Assembly: GCA_044360025.1 (NCBI GenBank)
Contig: JBIKLC010000012.1
Coordinates: forward strand, 15,225 to 79,224
Direction of reading: 5' to 3'
Source: Rubrivivax sp.
GTDB lineage: Bacteria; Pseudomonadota; Gammaproteobacteria; Burkholderiales; Burkholderiaceae_C
Length of the DNA stretch: 64,000 nucleotides
A program made the translations under genes and the position numbers. Under the pieces are notes generated by a model that searched no databases, was not told where the DNA came from, and saw only the letters and a program-made list of their open reading frames with translations. Below are positions 53,443 to 59,831 of this stretch, piece after piece (positions within the stretch are counted from its first letter, which is position 1; every line of letters begins with the position of its first letter).

Positions 53443-53565
53443 ATGGCCTGGCTGCGCGCCGACCCGCCGCTGCCCTACACCGCGGGCTTGCCCGTGAGCG
53501 GCAGCGGCAAGCTGATGCGGCGGCTGCTTCAGCAGGCCGAGCTGGCCAACCCGCCGGCGGCCTGA
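53443..53565 (+). pseudogene. Possible C-terminal remnant of an acyl-CoA ligase (AMP-binding enzyme)
   Basis: LPVSGSGKLMRRLLQQAE resembles the ANL-family A10 motif LPK(S/T)xSGK(V/I)xxRxL; no other part of such a gene is present. Confidence 0.45.
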
Positions 53566-54248
53566 CGCCGCCTCAGCCAGACCACCCCGAGCCCTGCCGC
53601 CAGCAGCAGCGCGGGTGACGGCTCGGGAACCGCGGCGACCGTCAGGCCATCGAAGAACCCATAGCTCACTGGCCCGGAGGGCGCATCGATCGGCACGAAG
53701 TCCAGCGCCAGCCGCCCGGAGAAGCTGGGCAGCACGGCGGGCAGGGCGTCGTTGCTGGTGAAGTCGTCGATGCCCAAGGGCCCTTCGATCCAAAACAGGC
53801 GCACGTTCACCAGCGTCCAGCCCACGGCCGTGAAGCCCAGCAGGTTGTGCCTGCCGCTGCCCAGCCCGGGCTCGGCGCCGAGCATCAGGAAGTCGCTGTT
53901 GCCCTGGGCCGGCAGGTCGTTGCCGACCGCGGTGTAGCCCCGCGTATCGGAGAACGTCCAGACCTTTACCTGCCCGCTCAGGTACAGGAAGGTCGCGTCG
54001 TAGCGGGTGGCGCCGTTGCTCAGCGTGCCAGACGGCGGCAGGGCGGCGTCGTACTGGAACGTGCCCGACACTGCGTCGCCCGGGCTGAAGAGGTCGATGA
54101 CGCCCGGGCTGCCGTAGGGCGCGGCGGTGGTGCTGAAGCCGTAAGGGACGACTGCAGCCGCAACCGAACCCGCCGCGACGAGACCGATGAGCCCGCCACC
54201 GAGCAAGCGCGTGGCCGAGGCGGCGATGGATGACGTGGCAAAGGGCAT
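53529..54248 (-). CDS. PEP-CTERM (exosortase-targeted) exported protein
   Basis: Hydrophobic signal region and C-terminal VPEPSPALLLAAGLGVVWLRRR. Confidence 0.85.
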   Translation of the reverse strand: MPFATSSIAASATRLLGGGLIGLVAAGSVAAAVVPYGFSTTAAPYGSPGVIDLFSPGDAVSGTFQYDAALPPSGTLSNGATRYDATFLYLSGQVKVWTFSDTRGYTAVGNDLPAQGNSDFLMLGAEPGLGSGRHNLLGFTAVGWTLVNVRLFWIEGPLGIDDFTSNDALPAVLPSFSGRLALDFVPIDAPSGPVSYGFFDGLTVAAVPEPSPALLLAAGLGVVWLRRRQAAGGLASSAC

Positions 54249-54347
54249 GACCTGCACTCCCAACCGGTGCGGCAAGCAACGGGAGGCAGTCTGAGCACGG
54301 GCCTCGGGCCGGCCTTGAGCCTGCGCAAGGCGGCGTGCCGGCGGCGG

Positions 54348-54827
54348 CTACGCGCGGCTGAGCGCCAGCTGCAGCGCCCGCGCGTCGTTGCTGGCGCGGT
54401 GGCGTACCAGGCCGAGCTCGACCTCCGCGGCGTGGCGCAGCGCGTCCAGCCGCGCCAGGCGGGCCTCGTCGAGCAGCGTCGCGACCGACTCCAGCCGGAA
54501 CCGCAGCGGGCGTTCCGCCTCGTCGAAGAGCAGGGCGAGCCAGGGATAGTCGTGGGCCCAGCCATCGCAGTACACCGTCTGGCCGGCAAGGTCGGCGTTG
54601 AGCATGTCGGCCACGTCGGCAATGGCCCGTCCGTGCAGCAGCAGCGAGGGCCGCACGATGCCGTGCACACGCTCGGCCTCGGCATCCCAGTGCGTCCAGT
54701 GCGGCGCCGGCCGCACCAGCGTGCAGCGGGCGCGGCCATCGCCCAGCACGTAGCCGATCTCGATGGGGTAGCTTCGGGCGCCGAATCCCGAGGCTTCGAT
54801 GTCGAGGATGGCGACGGCGGCTGGCAT
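54348..54827 (-). CDS. Small stand-alone DEDDh/DnaQ-like nuclease-family protein
   Basis: ILDIEASG, AERVHGI, GWAHDYPWL and RHRASND. Confidence 0.75.
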   Translation of the reverse strand: MPAAVAILDIEASGFGARSYPIEIGYVLGDGRARCTLVRPAPHWTHWDAEAERVHGIVRPSLLLHGRAIADVADMLNADLAGQTVYCDGWAHDYPWLALLFDEAERPLRFRLESVATLLDEARLARLDALRHAAEVELGLVRHRASNDARALQLALSRA

Positions 54828-54838
54828 GGGGCTGCAGC

Positions 54839-55330
54839 TCATTGTGGGCGGCGCCGCCAGCCGCCGTGCGTGAGCCCGTCACGGGCGCGCAGGGCAACGA
54901 GCGCCTGGCCGTCGCAAAGGTCGGCGGCGTCAGGTTGCGGGCGGGTTCCCCGCCTGCAGCACGTGAGGTGCTGCAGCACGCCCGGATGAGGCTTCCTGAA
55001 GGGCAGCGTGTCGCCCCCGATCAGGCGGTGGTGCTCGAGCAGCCGCTGCGCCAGGCGCGCTTCCTTGTTGGTCACGCCGGCAAGCTGCACGCCGGCCTCG
55101 CGCAGGCGCTGCAGCGTGCGGGCCGCGCCCGGGTAGGGCGGGCCCAGGGAGCCGATGGTGTGGGCGTAGTGCCGCTCGAAGCTTTCGTAGAGGGCATCGG
55201 CGGTGGGCGCAGCGCCGGCCGGCGGGGGCTGCAGCGCCTGCATCAGCGCGCGCCCGGCTGGCGGCTTCGGCGATCTCGGCGGCCGTGTCGACCCGGGTGC
55301 CGTCGAGGTCGAAGCTCAAGGTGATCCGGG
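54839..55330 (-). pseudogene. gph: Decayed phosphoglycolate phosphatase (Gph/CbbZ-type HAD)
   Basis: FDLDGTRVDTAAEIA in one frame; FERHYAHTIG...PYPGAARTLQRL...GVTNKE...GGDTLPFRKPHP in another. Frameshift near 55250, and HAD motif IV (GD) is absent. Confidence 0.75.
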
Positions 55331-55430
55331 TCTGCCGGTCGCCTTGATCCCCCGCGGGGGGCGGGCTGGGCGCAGCCCGGCCCTGGGGGCGCTCAGCAGC
55401 TGGATGCGGGGGTGGGCCGTCATGGCGCTG

Positions 55431-56255
55431 TCACCCGGGCGTCCAGCCTGGTGCCTGCAGTGCCCGCCAGATCACGAGCCCGGACACCAGCACCGCTAGC
55501 AGCGCGAAGCCGCGGCGCAGCCCCGGGGCGCTGACGCGCGGCGCCAGGCGGCGGCCTAGCAGCAGGCCGGCCACGCTGCCGCCCGCGAACGGCAGCGCCT
55601 CGGCCAGCGCCAGCTGCCCGTGGGCGGCGGCCGCGGCGACGCCGGCCGTCGCCACCAGGGCGATCACGCCCAGGGACGTGACCTGGATGCTGCGCAGGTC
55701 GAGGTTGGTGTGGCGGTCCAGCGCCGGCACGATGACGAAGCCTCCTCCGATGCCCAGCAGGCCGCTGAGCACGCCGGCCAGCGCGCCCACCCGGCCCAGC
55801 ACCCAGGCGCAGCGCGGCGTCCAGCGCAGGCGCAGCTCGCCGTCGGGGCGAACGCAGGCGGGTTGCGCGGGGCGTGGGGCGCTGCCGGCGGCGTCGGGGT
55901 CGGCGCTGCGCCACATGCGCCAGGCCGTGAACAGCATGAAGGCCGCGAACACGCCCAGCAGCACCGGCTGCGCCAGCCGCTGCGCCAGCGCCACGCCCAA
56001 CGGCGCCGCCAGCATGCCGGCGGCACCGAGCATCAGCGCGGCGCGGTAGCGAAGCAGCTGGTCGCGCAGGCCCAGCAGCGCGCCCAGGGCGCCGGCCAGC
56101 CCCACCGCCACGAGCGACATCGCCGAGGCCTGCTGCATCGGCAGGTGCAGCAGCAGCACCAGCAGCGGCACGCCGAGGGCGCCGCCGCCGGCGCCGGTGA
56201 GTGCCATCAGCAGCCCGGCCACCGTGCCCAGGCCGGCCAGCGCCAGCAGCTCCAT
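55431..56255 (-). CDS. Sulfite exporter TauE/SafE (TSUP) family membrane protein (alternative ATG at 56294)
   Basis: Internal duplication of the TSUP motif: LTGAGGGALGVPLL and LLGIGGGFVIVPAL; many TM helices. Confidence 0.88.
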   Translation of the reverse strand: MELLALAGLGTVAGLLMALTGAGGGALGVPLLVLLLHLPMQQASAMSLVAVGLAGALGALLGLRDQLLRYRAALMLGAAGMLAAPLGVALAQRLAQPVLLGVFAAFMLFTAWRMWRSADPDAAGSAPRPAQPACVRPDGELRLRWTPRCAWVLGRVGALAGVLSGLLGIGGGFVIVPALDRHTNLDLRSIQVTSLGVIALVATAGVAAAAAHGQLALAEALPFAGGSVAGLLLGRRLAPRVSAPGLRRGFALLAVLVSGLVIWRALQAPGWTPG

Positions 56256-56265
56256 CAGCGCGGCG

Positions 56266-57612
56266 TCAAGGCCGGCCGGCCCCGATGTCGTCACGGCGGG
56301 CCAGCCGCGCCTGGATGCTGCGCGTGCTGCGCCACACCCCGAACACCACCAGCGGCAGCAGCGCGCCCACGGCCACTTCGGGGTTCAGCGGCAGCCCCGC
56401 GGCCTGGGCGCCCTTGGCGCCGTACAGCAGCAGGCTCACCACGTAGTACGAGATGGCGGCGATCGACAGCCCCTCCACCGTGGCCTGCAGCCGCAGCTGC
56501 AGCGCCTGGCCCTGCGCCAGCCGGGCCAGCAGCTGCTGGTTCTGCGTCTCGGTGGCGATGTCCACGCGCGTGCGCAGCAGGCCGCTGGCGCGCTCCACCC
56601 GGGTGGCCAGCGAGGCCATGCGCTGCGCCGCCGCCGCCACCGTGGCCACGGCCGGCGCCTGCCGGCGCTGCAGGAACTCGCCCAGCGTCTGCTGGCCGTG
56701 CAGGTAGGTCTCGCGCAACTCGGCCAGGCGCTGCTGCATCAGCGTGTCGTAGGCCTGCGTGGCGTCGAAGCGGAAGGCGTACTCGGCCGTGGCGCGCTCC
56801 AGCCGCGCCGCCAGCTGCACCAGCTCGTCGAGCAGCGTCTGGTCGGAGGCCTCGCGCGCCTCGAAACGCGCCGTCAGCGCCGACAGCTGCTGCTCGGCCT
56901 GCGCCACTTCGGGCAGCAGCGCCTTGGCTGCGGGCAGGCCCAGCAGTGCCATCAGCCGGTAGGTCTCCATCTCCAGCAGGCGCTGCGAGATGCGGCCGGC
57001 GCGCGTCTCGGAGGTGCCCGGCGGCGCCACGACCAGGATGCGCTCGAAGCCGTCTTCGGCGAGCAGGAAGTCGGTCATCACGGCCGAGTGGCCGTCGCGG
57101 CCCATGCGCGACACCGCCACCGGCCGGCCGCCGAACCACTGTCGCGCCGGCACCAGCCAGTCGTCGGTGGCGATGTCGGCGTGCATCATCGCCAGCTCGA
57201 TGGCCACCAGCACCTGGCCGGGAATGCTGCCCACCCAGTCGCGCTCGACGATCAGCGAGTCCATCAGCGGCGGGTCGGTGGTGCCCAGTCCCGTGCCGGC
57301 GGGCAGCGCCTGCACCAGCGTGTAGCGCGTGAATTCGGTGTGGCGCTCCCAGCGCAGCGTGCCGCCGGGCAGGCGCAGGCGCAGGAACTGGCCCTCCAGC
57401 GCCTCAGCCGGGAGCGCGTCCTGTTCCGGCAGGCGCTTGAGGTGCTGCCACTGCGCGCTGCGCTCGATGCCGTCGTGGCGCACGGCCACGTACAGCACCA
57501 GCGCCGGCATACGAAGGCGCGCGGCGGGCCGCGCGTGCGCCTCGTCGTGCAGGCGCTGGCGCAGCGGGTCGTCGGGTGGCAGCCAGCGGTGGGGCGAGGG
57601 GGGCGGGCTCAT
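56266..57612 (-). CDS. DUF3422-family membrane-anchored protein
   Basis: LHDEAHARP, RWERHTEF, GRISQRLLEMETYRLMALLG and QLRLQATVEGLSIAAISYY, plus two C-terminal TM helices. Confidence 0.88.
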   Translation of the reverse strand: MSPPPSPHRWLPPDDPLRQRLHDEAHARPAARLRMPALVLYVAVRHDGIERSAQWQHLKRLPEQDALPAEALEGQFLRLRLPGGTLRWERHTEFTRYTLVQALPAGTGLGTTDPPLMDSLIVERDWVGSIPGQVLVAIELAMMHADIATDDWLVPARQWFGGRPVAVSRMGRDGHSAVMTDFLLAEDGFERILVVAPPGTSETRAGRISQRLLEMETYRLMALLGLPAAKALLPEVAQAEQQLSALTARFEAREASDQTLLDELVQLAARLERATAEYAFRFDATQAYDTLMQQRLAELRETYLHGQQTLGEFLQRRQAPAVATVAAAAQRMASLATRVERASGLLRTRVDIATETQNQQLLARLAQGQALQLRLQATVEGLSIAAISYYVVSLLLYGAKGAQAAGLPLNPEVAVGALLPLVVFGVWRSTRSIQARLARRDDIGAGRP

Positions 57613-57678
57613 CGGCGGTGTCGGCGGGCAGCGCAGCGCGCGGTGACGCGAGGCTAAGCGATCCGGCGGTGCCTTGGC

Positions 57679-57715
57679 TGTTGCCGCAAGGGCGCTTCGA
57701 TCGTGTTGCCGCAAG
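57679..57715. repeat. 12-bp direct repeat TGTTGCCGCAAG x2 (25-bp period) in the DUF3422/fdsG divergent promoter
   Basis: Exact copies at 57679-57690 and 57704-57715; each contains the palindrome TTGC-C-GCAA. Confidence 0.85.
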
Positions 57716-57742
57716 CAGCCGTGCGCGCCTATCCTCCCGGCT

Positions 57743-58258
57743 ATGTTGTCCAGCGTCAGGCATGCGGGAGCCCATGCCGGCCCCGCTTCCGAGCCCGAGC
57801 GTGCCGAGCAGGTGCGGGCCCTGGCGTTGCACCACGTGGCCGAGCGCGGCGGCCTTCTGCCGGCGCTGCACGCGGTGCAGGACGCGCTGGGCTTCGTGGC
57901 CGATGCCGACGTGGCCGTGCTGGCCGAGGCTTTCAACCTCAGCCGGGCCGAGGTGCATGGCGTCGTCACCTACTACCACCACTTCCGCCGCCAGCCGGCC
58001 GGCCGCCACGTGCTGCAGCTGTGCCGCGCCGAGGCCTGCCAGGCCTGTGGCGGCGACGAACTGGCCGCGGCGGCCGAAGCGCATCTGGGCTGCGCCACCG
58101 GGCAGACCCGCGCCGACGGTGCCGTCACGCTGGAGGCCGTGTACTGCCTGGGCCTGTGCGCCACGGCACCCGCGGCCTGCCTGGACGGGCGGCTGCACGC
58201 GCGGCTCACGCCGCAGCGGCTGCGGGCGCTGCTGGCGGGGCTGGAGGGCGGTTCGTGA
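57743..58258 (+). CDS. fdsG: NAD-dependent formate dehydrogenase gamma subunit ([2Fe-2S], NuoE-like)
   Basis: LLPALHAVQDALG, NLSRAEVHGVVTYYHHFR, LCRAEACQACG and VYCLGLCA. Confidence 0.93.
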   Translation: MLSSVRHAGAHAGPASEPERAEQVRALALHHVAERGGLLPALHAVQDALGFVADADVAVLAEAFNLSRAEVHGVVTYYHHFRRQPAGRHVLQLCRAEACQACGGDELAAAAEAHLGCATGQTRADGAVTLEAVYCLGLCATAPAACLDGRLHARLTPQRLRALLAGLEGGS

Positions 58259-59808
58259 GCCGCATCACCGTCTACGTGCCGCGCGACAGTGCCGCGCGGG
58301 CGCTGGGCGCCGACGAGACCGCCGCGGCGCTGGCGGTGGAGGCCGCGCGCCGCGGGCAGGCGCTCGAGGTGGTGCGCAACGGCTCGCGCGGCCTGTTCTG
58401 GCTGGAGCCTCTGCTGGAGGTGGTCACGCCCGCCGGCCGCATGGCCTACGGCCCCGTGCAGGCCGACGACGTGCCGGCGCTGCTGGACGCCGGGGCGCTG
58501 CAGGGCGGGGCCCACGCGCTGGGGCTGGGCCCCGTGGACCTCATCCCCTACCTGGCGGCGCAGCGGCGCGAGGTGTTCGCGCGCGCCGGCGTGACGGACC
58601 CGCTGTCGCTGGCCGACTACGCAGCCCACGGCGGCTGGGCCGGCCTGCGCGCCGCGCTGGCGCAGGACGGCGCGGCCGTGGTCGAGCAGGTGCTGGCCAG
58701 CGGCCTGCGCGGCCGCGGCGGCGCGGCCTTCCCGGCCGGCATCAAGTGGCGCACGGTGCGCGGCGCCGCCGGGGCGCGCAAGCACATCGTCTGCAATGCC
58801 GACGAGGGCGACAGCGGCACCTTCTCCGATCGCATGCTGATGGAAGGCGACCCCTACGCGCTGCTCGAGGGCATGGCCATCGCCGGCCTGGCGGTGGGGG
58901 CCGCGGAGGGCTGGATCTACGTGCGCTCGGAGTACCCCGACGCCATCGACACGCTGCAGGAGGCCGTCTCGCGCGCCACCGCCGCGGGCTGGCTGGGCGA
59001 CAGCGTGGCCGGCAGCGGCCGCGCCTTCCGCATGCACCTGCGCAAGGCCGCCGGCAGCTACGTCTGCGGCGAGGAGACGGCGCTGCTCGAGAGCCTGGAG
59101 GGCCGGCGCGGCATCGTGCGCGCCAAGCCGCCGCTGCCGGCGGTGGCCGGCCTGTTCGGCGAGCCCACGCTGGTGCACAACGTCATCACACTGGCCAGCG
59201 TGCCGCCGGTGCTGGCGCAGGGCGCCGCCGCCCACGCGGCGCTGGGCAGCGGGCGCTCGCGCGGCACGCTGCCGTTCCAGCTGGCCGGCAATGTGAAATG
59301 CGGCGGGCTGGTGGAGCTGCCCTTCGGCTTCACGCTGCGCGAGCTGGTGTTCGGCTTTGGCGGCGGCACGCGCAGCGGCCGCCCGGTGAAGGCCATCCAG
59401 GTGGGCGGCCCGCTGGGCAGCTACGTGGCGCCGCAGCACTGGGACGTGCCGCTGGACTACGAGGCCTACGCGGCCATCGGCGCCACCGTGGGCCACGGCG
59501 GCATTGTCGTGCACGACGACACCGCCCGCATGGACCGCCTGGCGCGCTACGCCATGGCCTTCTGCGCCGTTGAGAGCTGCGGCAAGTGCACGCCCTGCCG
59601 CATCGGCAGCACGCGCGGCGTCGAGGTGATCGACCGCCTCGTGGCCGGCGGCGACCCGCAGGCCAAGGGCCAGCAGCTGCAGCTGCTGCGCGACCTGTGC
59701 GACACCATGACCCACGGCAGCCTGTGCGCCATGGGCGGCATGACGCCCAACCCGGTGCTGTCGGCCCTGGCGCAGCACCCCGAGGACTTCGGCCTGCCCG
59801 CCGCCTGA
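58255..59808 (+). CDS. fdsB: NAD-dependent formate dehydrogenase beta subunit (FMN, NuoF-like)
   Basis: RNGSRGLFWLEPL, GLRGRGGAAFPAGIKW, NADEGD, YVCGEETALLES and SCGKCTPCRIG. Confidence 0.95.
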   Translation: MSRITVYVPRDSAARALGADETAAALAVEAARRGQALEVVRNGSRGLFWLEPLLEVVTPAGRMAYGPVQADDVPALLDAGALQGGAHALGLGPVDLIPYLAAQRREVFARAGVTDPLSLADYAAHGGWAGLRAALAQDGAAVVEQVLASGLRGRGGAAFPAGIKWRTVRGAAGARKHIVCNADEGDSGTFSDRMLMEGDPYALLEGMAIAGLAVGAAEGWIYVRSEYPDAIDTLQEAVSRATAAGWLGDSVAGSGRAFRMHLRKAAGSYVCGEETALLESLEGRRGIVRAKPPLPAVAGLFGEPTLVHNVITLASVPPVLAQGAAAHAALGSGRSRGTLPFQLAGNVKCGGLVELPFGFTLRELVFGFGGGTRSGRPVKAIQVGGPLGSYVAPQHWDVPLDYEAYAAIGATVGHGGIVVHDDTARMDRLARYAMAFCAVESCGKCTPCRIGSTRGVEVIDRLVAGGDPQAKGQQLQLLRDLCDTMTHGSLCAMGGMTPNPVLSALAQHPEDFGLPAA

Positions 59809-59831
59809 AGACGCCCGAAGGAGCACCTCCC

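Noticed and set aside
54322-54341. Sigma54-like element CCGGCACG...TTGC upstream of the PEP-CTERM gene (minus strand)
   Set aside because: GG and GC are separated by 11 nt rather than the strict 10 nt that sigma54 needs.
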